A stretch of DNA of 61,936 bases, counting the filler, from Vermamoeba vermiformis (Eukaryota): assembly GCA_045837725.1 (NCBI GenBank). It is 5 parts of 5 records of this genome, joined end to end, with 100 filler letters (N's around TTAATTAATTAA, not from the genome) between each part and the next. Parts side by side here need not be neighbours in the genome. Positions count along the whole stretch, not along the records: positions 1 to 17,002 come from JBEWZL010000189.1; 4 more parts are not named here. One strand, written 5' to 3'. Below the pieces are notes generated by a model. The model had not been told where the DNA came from. It made no database searches and saw nothing but the letters and a program-made list of their open reading frames with translations. Position 1 is the first letter of the stretch. Each line of letters starts with the position of its first letter. The translations under genes and the position numbers were made by a program. Below, piece by piece: positions 1-13,010 of the stretch.

Positions 1-270
1 CGACTTACCGGCTCGAATCAGCTTCTCAAAAAGACCAGCAGCCATAGTTTAGTTTCGTATGCTAGAATTCTAGGCTGTTAAGAGATGTCTCGCGGTTGAC
101 GTGAGATCTTGCGAGATTTGTTTCCACAAATAGATAAATGATAATAATATAATATAATAATAATATATTGGATAGCATTGTAATCGTTGTAGTCAAATAT
201 GAGGTTAATAGGGACTTACGATATCGCTGAAAACTATAATACAAGTTTTATGTACATTCTACGACAGGAT

Positions 271-3200
271 CTAATGCGTAATTAAATAACCAGTGTCTAA
301 GCTCTGGTCAAACTCTAGGTCCGTTCCTTTGAAAGCTGGATGCAAGTACGCCACTTTAAGCGTCTCAAATTCTTCGACCGATCCGATCTTCGGGTACCTC
401 ATCATGTGCTTATTCATTCTAATAATTATTTCTCGCTTCTTACGGTATCGCAAGCCTTTCAGTACTATGGCTACGAATATTGTAAGTATCGGCAGCATGA
501 GCAGCAAAAACGCCGTCAGATCTTGTTGCTTGACCAAGAGGAAGAAAAACATGGTCAGTTGGAACAATACGAGCGTGACGAACGCGTTGTTAATGACGGC
601 GCTGATGAGTTTTCCAGAGATTTGCGAGTCACGTGGATGCACGAACAAAAGATTATGTTGCGTGACCAGCAACTTGAACAACATGTAGAACAGACCGCCG
701 ATAAGTGTGATGGGCGAGACTAGCGAGAAGTTGATGGCCAAGCTGAGCGATATAAGCACGTAGCCGAATTGAATGTCGTAGTGAAAGCCTTCGGGCTCAA
801 AAGTGTGGTGATGATGGTGGGTGACACGTGTCAACTTTGTTCGGATCTTGCTGAACAGGTAAGCCAATAAGAACGCCAATAACGTGAGTTCTATCATGGT
901 ATCGAAGAGTGTCTTTCGTATCAATGTTCCAACGATGAGCGACGTGACTCTTGAATAGTCAATGTTCGAGAACAAAAGGAAAAATCCTTCCAAATTCTCC
1001 GAAGCCAAATCGTTGCTGAAGACTCTGATGATTTCAGTACCAGTGTCGAATATAGCTTTGAAAATGACCAAGTTCGTGATCGCAAAAATGAAGTACTTGT
1101 GAAACACGGATCTGTTGAGCGATGAAAGTGAGTGAGGTCTCTCGAGCATAGCGATGGCTGTCAACATCATAGGCAAGAGCAAGTAGAAGGCACTGGTCAT
1201 GGCGACAGGAATCACCGTTTGAATGAACTCGATGACGATTTCCGGCAGCGTCAAGATCCAGCCAAAGTGCGGGGCCAAGTCGTCGGTGCTGGCAATGACC
1301 GTAATATTCACGAACACGGACACGGGAATGGCCCAGAACAGCGAGATTGTGATGACGAGCAGGTTCGTAAAGAAGTTGACCACCCAGCGGTGCGTGGCTG
1401 TTGAATACAGGTTGGACCACAGTAAGCTCGAGGGCCTGTCGATGGCCAACTTGACGCGCCATTTGGTCACGTGGATTTTCTTCATGAGTTCCATGGACTC
1501 GAGGGTTTGTTCGAAGGCGAGATCCTCGGGGCTAATGCGCGTCATTTCGGCGATTTGCTCGTCTGTCATGGGCACTTGAAGCTTCTCATCTGACATCATC
1601 GAAGCGAGCTTGATCACGTGATCGTCGTTATTATCTTCTGAAATTTCATCTTTAAGATCTTCGTCATTATTTTCATCTCCGCTACTCTTCGATCCTCCAA
1701 TCTCTTCGGACAATTTCATCGGAGAATATTCGCGTGGTGACGGCGGAATATTTAGACTGACATTGCTGACATCACTATTGATCAAATTGCTGCGATCAGA
1801 TTTGACACTTAACGACCGCATAGTCATTGTTCTAACATATAACGTGTCGTAGTAATCTTTGATTCGATGCATCAACTTTTTGCGTTTCTTCGCGTGGAAA
1901 AATTCTCTGACAAAATTATCCGCGTCAACTGGCTCCATAAATGTCACAAAACATAAATCAACTTTGCCACGTGACAAGACTTTGTTTCTTTTCTTTTCAA
2001 TTTTTGACTCGCAGCTGAGAATTTTTTCTTGCCATTTGTCCAGCTTGAAGAATTCTTTTCGTTTCTTCCAAATAACCGGATTTAGAAGTACGCGGAAGAA
2101 TTTGACGTATTTGGGCACGTCCTAAATAAAATGTTGTCGTTCAGTGAATGATTTTTTGCGGTAGATCTGACATGTCAGCACGTACTGGGTTTGTAATAAA
2201 GTCATTGGCCAATGCAGCGTGTGCTTCGAATTCTTTTTTCTTGTTAATAAGGGCCAAAATCTTTTCGCCTCGCCAGCCTAAATGAACTGATACGATTTTG
2301 CCAGGCCACATCTGCTGAAAAAATTTGAACAACAGTTTTCGATCTTTGACATCCATATCAAGTCCTTCTATATACAGTGTTCGTGCTTGATCTGGCGGCA
2401 GTTCTTTTTTCAACTGTTGTTTCATCTGGAGGACGAAAGTGTCAAAATGTCATCGAGCGTCAGGCGGCCTGTTGGCACTAACTTTCATGGACTTACAGAT
2501 AAATATGTTCGCTGGTATAGTGCCAGCATGCCTAAGCCTCCGAACGAGAACAAAAATGTCAAAGAGAAATGGACCCAAAAGTACGGTGAACTGTTGAATA
2601 AGGTCGTCAAGTCGAGTTCGAACGCGTGTTAAAAAAGCATTATTAGTTTTGACGTGAAATTACACTTACTCTACTGGCACTAGTGTTGCTGTCGTTCGCA
2701 TGAAAGAAGTGTCAATGTTGTCGTCCACTATAGTAAAACAAATGCAAAGTTAGATTTGACATTTCGTGTGACAAGTGTCAAAACAAAGGATCTTGATCCA
2801 CTCACAAATTCCATCACTGAGGAGTATATGTATGGGAATTAAGGCTACTATAGCGACAACTGTGCAAACGCCAATGTATATCGTAATGTATCGTTCAAAC
2901 GTGACAAAAAGAAACCTATATTAGGAAATGTTAGATCTGCAACGACTGAAATTAAATCGAATTATTTAAGGATTAAGTATTTCATGAACCACCATACCCA
3001 TTCAATCCTATTCTTTCTTTTAACTCGTCTCTCCTGCGAATTCTCGCTGAAGATCTGTGGTTTGAGAAACACGTTAGATCCAAATAAATTTTCTTTTGTT
3101 TGTGAAACGTACTTGATCCATCCCATATGAAAGGGCTTGCGATTATTAGTCCGCTGGTCGAGGCTGTAATATTGCCAGAATTAGTTGCAAAGAAAGATTT

Positions 3201-3526
3201 CGAAACGGAGTAAAGAACTTACGTGTCATTATTGTATTTCTTGGGCCAATAAACTTGAGGAATTCGCCATCGAATGGATAAATATACAATAAGAATAATT
3301 GCGAAGATAATAAGGTAAACAATAAGCACTAGAGATAAAAAATCAATTAGATCGAGTGGAATTTGATTTAACGGAATTCTAAACAAATTATGAAATCAAT
3401 AATAGGCATTTAGTAATACTAACCTTGAGGAATTCCAGCAGTTAATGAAAATGCATTCTCGATCTCCTTTAAATAATTTGTTGCGTTCGCATTATTGATC
3501 GGTAATTCTGGGATCGGCTCTGACAT
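271..3526 (-). CDS. CSC1/OSCA/TMEM63-family (DUF221) calcium-permeable channel, multi-exon
   Basis: The 615-aa terminal exon has a cytosolic FVTF motif, P..LLWSNL and about 7 TM helices. Upstream exons include RTLYIEGL and LWVHFSLTFLFS. ATG at 3526, GT-AG introns. Confidence 0.85.
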
Positions 3527-4048
3527 GGTGTACAGCGCTCTTTATGAGTTCATTGGGTTACCATACACTTCTTATACTGTCTGTTGTGTCATTCACGCGT
3601 GATGTCAAAACAGCAAAAATCTTGCAACTTCCAATTTTTTTTGTGATCGTGCACAACTGTCATGATCAATTATTAATAATCCCTACTTAAAGGGTATTTT
3701 ATATTAAGATAATATTATTATCGGAGTAAGAGTATTTATTCAAACGGATCACAAAACTTTTCAGAGGGCAGATTGGCGGTTATTTCTACAATTAGTCGAT
3801 TAATTCAAACAAAAGTATGGATCTGTTGTGTTTATTCAAATATTTTCTTATGATTTATTTTTTTGCTACCGTTGTTAAGAAAAATAGCAGATTGACGGAT
3901 TTGTTTCTGATACTTTTCTCAAGTTTATATTTATAAATATACTATGATCCGGGCATAATATTCATATCAAAATATCAACGATCAATCAAACATTCACGGT
4001 TGAACAACAATATTTTAATTCGTAACGCATCTAAACTAATAAAACAAA

Positions 4049-6433
4049 ATGGAGAGAAACGACAAGTCAATTAACCAACAACAAAAGAAACAATCAAAAG
4101 ACATTAACATGAAGAACGTATTATTGAACGATTTTCCTGTACCTGATTTCGTAAACCACCGAATCCAAATCTGGGACCAAATCAAGCAAGCCTCCTTCGA
4201 GAGTAAGTTTTCAATAGTACCGAACTCTTATATGGAATCTAAATTTCTTGTTCCAGAGCTCAAGAAACCGATCCAGATCAAGCTGCCGGATGGCAAGTTC
4301 AAAAGCGGCGTTGCCTTTGAGGTCTCGCCTTTGGATATTGCTCGTTCAATTAGCAAGAAGTTAGCAGAGGCCTCTGTGGTCGCGAAGGTACGTAAATTGA
4401 ATCCTTAAATTCGTAAACGGAGTCTAATACACATTTTTAAGGTGGATGGCGCGCTTTGGGATCTGAAACGACCGTTTGAAGCTGATGCATCGCTCGAACT
4501 AATTAAACTGGATTCTGACGAAGGAAAGAGGGTACGTTGAATGAGTACGATTTAAAATTGCAATCTAACGAAAGATCAGATCTTCTGGAACAGCAGCGCT
4601 TTTGTTTTGGCTCAGGTTCTTGAACGAAAATACCAAGCATTGTAAGTATAATTCTTCTATGGTTTAATATACTAATAAAAATATTATTAGAATGTGCGTT
4701 AATGTTGTCGAAGAAAAAGGATTCTATTGCGACATGGCGAGCAACAAGTACGTCCAATATTTTAACGTTACAATAGCCTCTAATTTCAAAATTTATAGGG
4801 CGGTAGTTCCCGATGACTACGAAGAGATTCAAGCGGTATTTAAGGCCATTGTGGTTGAGAAGCAATCGATCGAGCGTCTGGAAGTGCCGAAAGTGAAGGC
4901 TCTGGAGATGTTCAAGTACAACAAGTACAAAGTCCAAGCGATCAACGAGCAAGTAGCCGACGGGGCCAAGTGCGCGGTGTATCGTTGCGGTCAATTCATT
5001 GATCTCTGTAATGGCCCGCACTTGCCCAATGTGGCCATGCTCGAGGCTTTCGTGGTCAAAAATAATTCAAGTTCGTACTGGCAAGGCAACAAGAACAACG
5101 ACTCTTTGCAACGAGTCTACGGCATGTCATTTGCCGAGCAAGAGCAGCTGGACAAATGGCAAAAGGACCTCGAAGACGCCGCTAAGCGTGACCACCGTAA
5201 CATCGGACAGGCGCAGGACTTGTTCTTTGCACACAAATGGGCTCCTGGCTGCGCGTTCTTTTTGCCTAACGGCGCTAAGATCTACAACAAGCTCATCGCC
5301 TTCTTGCGCAAGGAATATCGCAAGCGTGGGTTTATCGAAGTGATGTCGCCTAATATGTTCAACAAGGAGCTGTTCCACTACTCTGGACACGACGCCAAGT
5401 ACCGCGGGAACATGTTCTGTCTGAACATTGACGAGCAAGAGCACAATCTCAAGCCGATGAACTGTCCTGGCCACTGCTTGATGTTCGACCATCAAGCTCG
5501 TTCATATCGCGATCTCCCGTTGAGATTTGCGGAGTTTGGCGTTCTGCATCGAAATGAACTTCATGGCGCATTAAGTGGTTTGACGAGAGTACGAAGATTT
5601 GTGCAAGACGATGGCCATATCTTCTGTTCTCCTGATCAAGTAAGCACTATAATATATTTCTTTCGGACTTAAATGAATTATAATAATAATTTCTATTCCA
5701 GATCTCGCAGGAGATCCAATCAGCTTTGGCGTTCATGAACGAAGTCTACAGCATTTTCGGCTTTGAATTCTCGCTGGCACTGTCTAGTCGTCCCTATAAC
5801 TATCTCGGTGAGCTTGCTGTTTGGGACAAGGCCGAGGCAGCGTTGAAAGAAGCCCTTGACAAATTTGGAAAGGAGTGGAAATTGAATCCAGGTGACGGAG
5901 CATTTTATGGCCCGAAAATTGATATTCGGCTCAAAGATGCTTTGAAACGTGAATATCAATGCGCTACGATCCAACTGGACTTTATTTTGCCCGTGAGATT
6001 CCAACTGAATTTCCGCAAAAGCGACGACAGCATGGAGAGTCCGGTCATGATTCACCGAGCCATTTTCGGATCAATGGAGCGTTTCCTCGCCATTTTGATC
6101 GAACACTGCGCTGGCAAGTGGCCGTTCTGGATCTCTCCGCGCCAAGCCATCGTCGTGCCAGTCTCAGACAAGTCGTTCGATTACGCCAAACAGGTGCACC
6201 AACGCTTGTGGGCTGAAGGTTTTGAAGTCGAATTGAGCGACTCTAGCGACCCCTTGAAGCGACAAATAGCAGAGGCACATGACGCACAGTTCAACTTTAT
6301 TCTCGTTGTGGGCGAAGAAGAAGCGAAGAACGGCTCGGTCAATGTACGAGCGAGAGACAATGCGATTCTAGGCTCAAAATCCGTTGAAGAGCTCATTGTT
6401 GAGTTCCACAAACTTGAAGACGAGCAAAAATAA
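4049..6433 (+). CDS. TARS: Threonyl-tRNA synthetase, eukaryotic cytosolic type, multi-exon
   Basis: TGS domain plus DLCNGPH, LKPMNCPGHC, HRNE..GAL.GLTRVRRF.QDD, GAFYGPKID, QCATIQLDF, MIHRAIFGSMERF, GKWPFWISPRQ and an anticodon-binding domain. Confidence 0.97.
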
Positions 6434-6788
6434 CTGGGCTCGAAGTAACGTCGCTCGCGGTAGAACTTAAAATTTCAACGTAAATTAAAACGCTTGTGAT
6501 CGCTTTGCCTTTATTGAAACACCACATATAATAACCCCATAGAAAGGTTAATATGGCAGCTAAGGACAAGAATAAGATCATAGATATTGGTGGTGACCCA
6601 AGATCCGGGTCGAGAGTAAGCTATGCGCAATAATATTTCGAGTTGCATTATAATTTGATCTAAGTATTTTCTACGTTCATATAAATCGGATAGTACATAT
6701 TTTTGGCTTTTGCAAACAGAATATTTTTATTTAACGTTAAATAATTTTTTAAATTTGCATCTGGATCTAACGAAAGTTGTAGACGAAT

Positions 6789-8531
6789 TTGCTGCAGCTG
6801 TTATACGAGTGTAATGGTGAGGACGACATATTCATCTTAAAAGGCAAATTGGAGTCAATCTGCAGTTGGCGAGTGGCAACGAAAAACCCTGCTCGAATGA
6901 AGGAATTGATAGTCCTTGCCGTAGTATTCAGTATAACGGGAAAACAAGAGATATTGAATAATGTCAATGCCGAGAAAGAGATCGGAAAATCAATAATGCC
7001 ACTGGATTTTTTGAATGATTCGACGCATGGTTTGGTAAAGTGGATCCATAACGCTGTTCTCCCACTTAGAATATATAGCACCAATAATAACTCAGAGAGA
7101 CGCACCGAAGGAGGAGACGACGCTGAACAATCCAAGCCGTTGGAAAGCGCCGAAGAAAAGCCACCAAAAGAAAAGAAGTCGAAGCACACCCACGAAAAGA
7201 AAACGAAGAAAAAAGATTCACCCGATAAGAAGGAAAAGAAAGGCAAAAAGAGACACAGAACTCATTCTTCAACAACAGGGAAGGTGTCAAAACGCCGTAC
7301 GCTTGCCCCGAAGCCGCGTACATTCAATGTAAGATAAACCGTATTGAATTTGATCTAATTCTGCAAGATTACGGATCACTTTGCCACGGATACGGTTGTT
7401 ACACCAGTGCAGCTGCAGAAGCGTTATGGCTCCCAAGTGAAGTACATCAAACTAGCGGAAGTTAATTTGAGTGAGACGATGTATCTTATTGGGAATCAGC
7501 AAGCTGAGGAACTAATGAATCTTCATTCCATTCATCGTGAGCGCTTATATTAAATGATCCATAATTAACAAGATAATCAGAGTTGTCGAAAGAAAACTCT
7601 AATATAGTAGCGGAGTATTTAAATCGGGAGGTTGATTTCGAAGAAACGCACAACAGATCGCGGGAGTTGAAAGACAGATTGCCCGCATTGAATAGCTTGA
7701 CTTCAGAAGAACGACTTATGTTGAAAACGGTAAAAGTTTGAAGAGAGATCACTAATAATCAGACGTAGGAGTGGGCTAGTTTCGAAAACAACTTACGGAA
7801 CAACCAAGACAAGGATGAAGCGTTCTGGCAAAGATGCTTTGTGGCGTCCGACGGAAAAATACTCAATTCTGATACCAAAGATGGAGAAGACGTGGAAGTC
7901 GAGGAGGACGGCAAATCTGTCAAGCTTATATGGTAATTTAATATTGCATTTCAGTTAACCATAATTGACGCTTGCCAAGCCAACAGAAAAATCCTCTAAT
8001 TTTGCCTTTGGATGATAAGACTTGGACAGAGTTGTACCCCGACTATGGGTACATGGCAAACGCTCAAACAGTAAGTTGGTCATGTTAACACTACTAAACG
8101 GACTCTAAAATTGGAAACAGCCTTCGGACGATATGAGGCTTTTGATTTTGTTTGAATTCAAAAGATTTCACGGAACCGGCACTCATGATACAACAAATCA
8201 AGTTTTCCTGGAGCAGGCGTTCTTCTACGCTCTTCACACACTAAAGAAAAGGATGCACGGCTTACCTTCAGCGGATCCGGAGATTTTCCAAATTTACGGC
8301 GTTGCGGAAGCCGGCCCTTTTAAGGGTATATTTCACATCAAGCCACGAGATGGAATGAAGCCTTTAATTACCGTCCTTTTCAGAGGTAAAGTTGAGAGTG
8401 AGCTGGATTTAGCTGCGTATTGGGTTGCCTTGAAGAAAGCCAAACTACATGCTCGATCAATAGCAGGAAAATTGCGTGCCCTGCTTATTGCCAAATTCCC
8501 CAACGAAAATAATCTGGCAAGAAAAAATTAA
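6789..8531 (+). CDS. Multi-exon hypothetical protein with a Lys-rich segment and a possible C-terminal PD-(D/E)xK nuclease-like domain; start uncertain
   Basis: Spliced reading ELYPDYGY...LLILFEFKR...NQVFLEQ...IYGVAEAG resembles restriction-endonuclease-fold motifs. Confidence 0.5.
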
Positions 8532-8614
8532 TTCTTACTTTTATTCTAGAATCTAGTTATATTTGTAAACAAGTTGTAAACCGGAATATTATTAATATAA
8601 AAATTTACTAAGCC

Positions 8615-9896
8615 ATGTTAGCTAAGGTATTAATGTTTGGATGCAACAGTTGCAAACACAGAAAACTGATCGTTTTAGGTGATCTTTGAAAAGGAAAAAA
8701 CCCCTTATAATAGAATTAAGCTCCCAAAACTACCCCTTAAATTGACCGATTATTTGGACTATGTTTTGTACGTAATTATAATTTTAAGTCTAAATTAATT
8801 TTAATCTGCTCTAATGTAATTTGTCTAGCATCCGACCCACACAAAAGCTACCGTCAATTAAGAAATACACCATAATTCTTGGCGTCAGAAATTCGGTAAA
8901 GATATTTGGCTTGAAAAAGAAAAAGAAAAGTCGAGAACTGTTCGGGATCGTAAGGCCGTTCGACGACTTTACGACAGAAGTTATAGCTCATCAACGGTTG
9001 GATCCACTCAATTGCCCTCATATTGTCAAAATGTACGAGTCCATTGAGCTTACAAAACGTGAAGGACTCGTTATCACGCCACTTTACAATGTTTTCGATT
9101 TTGAAGCCTTACGTCCATTCACTAAGCTCATAGTTTATCAATTACTGCAAGTAAGTCGGCTAATTATATATTCTTAGCATTAATTCGGTCATTACAGCTT
9201 AGCAATCCGTTTTCAATACAAATTTGAAAAAACGTTGCACGGATACCGCTCATTTGCAACCTATTAATTACTTATTGATTATTCCTGTAGGCCATCAAAG
9301 TGTGTCACGACAATAGAGTGATTCACCGAGACATCAAGCCGAGCAATATAGTATGGACATGGGATGGAGACAAGCCTCACATCTACTTGACGGACTTTGG
9401 GATCGCTCAGAATCTGGATGCCAACTGGGACCCGGGCCAGACGGGAGGAACAGTGGACTACATGTCACCCGAACAATTTTATGGCTATCCATTTCTTCCT
9501 AACGACAAACCATTTGATATTTGGGGTGCTGGTCTAGTGTTGACTGAACTGGTAAGTTAGGCACATCCGCGACTCCTTTCCCGTTTTAACGATTATTTTC
9601 AGCTTCTGAATAGGCCTCATATTCTGAAAGGAGACAGGGATTTAAAGATATGGAATAGCATGAAAGGCGAATGGTTTCGAGATATCGATCCAAAAGCGTA
9701 CGATCTGGTGTTGAAGATGCTCACTGAGAATCCGACAGATAGAATACTCGTTGATGAAGCGTTGGCTCATGAGTACTTTGACGAGGTGAGAGAAGAGAAA
9801 AAGAATGATAAGAAGAGGAAGCACGAGTCGGTCAGTACAAACGAACCGAATGCGACAGTCAGCTTTCAGCAGAAAAAGATAAAAACAAATCAATAG
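8615..9896 (+). CDS. Ser/Thr protein kinase, multi-exon
   Basis: CPHIVKMYE, IHRDIKPSN, LTDFG, GTVDYMSPE, DIWGAG, ML..NP..RI...EAL.HEYF. Confidence 0.88.
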
Positions 9897-9988
9897 CGAA
9901 TATGATAAATATAACCTCTTTAACAAGAATGTTGACAGTTATCAATCGGATTCGATCAGGGTGGATCGAACAAAACTACTTAAGTGTT

Positions 9989-12649
9989 TTATTTACTTTG
10001 CTTAGAGTACTGAGCATCATATAACGCTTTATAATGACCACCGAGAGCAATTAATTCTTTGTGACTGCCACATTCGACCACAGAACCGTTGTCCATAACA
10101 ATTATTTGATCTGCATCCACGATCGTCGACAGTCTATGCGCAATAACGATGGATACGATTCTTGAACAGCTCATCCATAGCATTCTTAATTAAGTTTTCA
10201 TTTTCGCTGTCCAAGCTGCTAGTAGCTTCATCGAGAAGTATGATCTTCGGATTTCGCAAGATCGTGCGAGCAATCGAAAGTCCTAGATTCAATATTAATA
10301 TCATTTCCATTATAATATTGTTACTTACGTTGTCTTTCGCCGCCAGACAGCTTATAGCCGCTTTCTCCAACTTTTTCATCCAATTTTTTCTCGAAACTTT
10401 GGATCAAACTCCATACATTAGCAGCTCTGCAAGCTTGTTCAATTTCATCGTCTGTAGCACCAGGCTTGGCGAAGAGCAAGTTATTACGGACAGTGTCGTT
10501 GAAAAAGAACGAGTCTTGTGACACGACGCCCATGTACCCGACCAATTCCGCGAGTTTCAATTGACGAATATCAACGCCATCGAGTTTAACGAGACCTTGA
10601 GTAGGATCTAATAGGCGATGAATCAGCTTCAATAATGTCGATTTTCCTGCGCCAGATCGTCCCACGATGGCGTTCATGGTGCCTGCTTTGAACGTGACAG
10701 ACAAGTTGTTCAGAGCCCAATCTCGACGCTTCAGGGAAGAGCCATTTGAATCGTTGCCCTTCTTTACGGCCCATAATCTATCGGCAGCGGCAATCTTGAG
10801 CGGAGAAAGCAATGAATAGTCCAAAGAAACATTTTCTAAGACGATCTCGCCGTTGACAAGTGACTCCTTCTCGTTGATGAAAGTGACGGGTTCGACTGGA
10901 TCTTTGATTTCAACAGGCAGCTGCAACAACTCAAATACGCGCTGTATTTGAATAGACACCTATATAAATGATTAGCGATATATAACGAACTTTAAGACTT
11001 GCCTTAATGTAGCTCATCCGAGCATTCAAAATTTCAGCCAAACTGCGATTGACTTCATCGAGGGTTTGCGTGAAGAAGATCAATGAACCAAGCGTTAGTG
11101 CGTTGTTGAAGAGGAATAGACCTCCAAAATAATATACTAATGCAGTATTAACTATAAAGTAACGTTAGATCCAGATCCGCAGCAAAATTTAGAAGACTTA
11201 CGTTGGCCGGAGTAAGATATAAAGAAGAATAAAAGGTACATGAACCATTGTTCTTCGCTGCTAGAGTCCATTTCGGCTTTAATATCCTCCTTTAATTTCT
11301 CCAAATTATGTTTTTCTCGACCGAAGATCTTGGTCAATAAAATTGCCTCAATAGAAACGTGTTCGGTCAATCTGTTATGTACCTAATAAATAAATCATTA
11401 GGGACATTACTTAATTATGAAGCGGTAAAGTTGAGAACAATAACTTACGAGATCGTACGCCGTCACGCTTTTCTTCGCTTTTTCTCTTGCTTTGACTGCT
11501 AATTTCATCAGCAGATAATAGGCCAACGGAAATGAAGAAAGAGATATTAACGTCAATCTCCATTCTATGGTCATCAGCGAAGTGAATGTAATAATAAAAC
11601 GGCAAACATCCTAAACCAAGTTAGATCCAGTACGTTTACATTGAAAATCGACTTACAGTAATATGCCTGATCAAGTTCATACATAACCTAGATAAATGGT
11701 TAATATTTTAGCTCAAAATGAGGTGAACTAAACTTACGAATGCACTCCAGTTATATCGCTCGTGATCCGCGAAACAATTTCGGCAGGAGGAGATTCAACG
11801 AAGAATCGAATATGTAGTTCCTAAATATAGCATTAATAAAGTAAGTAATCCTATTCATAATATACTTACTTGGACGTGCTCGAAGACTTGGAGTTGCAAG
11901 GTGCTAACCACGGCCTGTTCAACTAGCTTGTCTGACTTTCTTCTGAAGGACGAAAACACTTCTTTGACAATAGGGATCGTTGCGAGTAAAATGAAGCACC
12001 TAATTACATTAAAATATTAGCAAGTTGTAAATCCAAATCCGGTGTTCACATAATACATACCATAATAACTCCTTAGTGTCTTGTTGCACAAAAACATGAT
12101 CAATAAGTCGTATGATGATATACGGTTCTATTAAGGAAAGCCCCATTATCGTCAAATGCAGCAGTGTCGCTGAATCCGAAAAAAATGTGTCAGTAATCTA
12201 ATGAGTTTGATTATATTAATTATTTAGAACGTACATATTATAAACATCTTATACATAGGTCTGATCAACGGCAGTAACATTTTCATTGTACGAACAAACA
12301 AGCGAAAAAACCCTTCATCCGGTGAAGAGCCTTCCTCATTACTGTAAGCAATAGTGGTAAAAGACCACATGAATTGTGTTGTCTTCTACTATTATTTTTA
12401 AAAAATCAAATCTTTCGGCTGGCATTAAATAGTTTTCACTCTTCGCATCAGTTTGGGAAGAAAAGTGTAAGAAGTTGTGGCAGATTGGGTACTTCGCATC
12501 TTCTCACTTTGGTACGAATGTTTGATGTCGCTACACTAGTACTAGCATTCTGCTACTAATAACATAACGATTAGTAAAACAAACGAACCAATCCCGAGTT
12601 AAAAAGCAAAATTACCTCCAAAAATTAATTTAAAAATATCAGCATTCAT
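9989..12649 (-). CDS. ABC-B half transporter with an apparent frameshift near 10155
   Basis: Walker [11 protein letters not shown]-loop VSQD, signature LSGGERQR, Walker [11 protein letters not shown] and H-loop IAHRLST. TM exons lie upstream. Confidence 0.87.
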
Positions 12650-13010
12650 AGTAATATTTAATATACAATATTGGTTTACTAACACGCAAAAGAAACATAA
12701 AAGAAATTATTTTTTTATGCGGATGCGTTATTGATCGTCAAATTAACTTACGTCTCATTGAGTCGCTTTATAACATGTATGGCGGATAAATTATAGCGTT
12801 GGGTGGTAATTAATTGATTGCAAATAATAATAATCATTTTCCATTAAGTCTTCACCGCCTGACCGACAAAAGCAGGCTGGCCGCATAATTTTGAATAAGA
12901 TAGCCTGTAATACATTAACGTTCGTTCGCAGATCTATACGTCAGAAGTACGAACGAAAACAATTAAAAAAAATTGCGAGTCAAATAACAAGTTCCAGGCA
13001 TTGCAAATAT

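Noticed and set aside
293-2125. Several + strand ORFs overlapping the channel gene
   Set aside because: They are antisense shadows of the long coding exon with no recognisable motifs.
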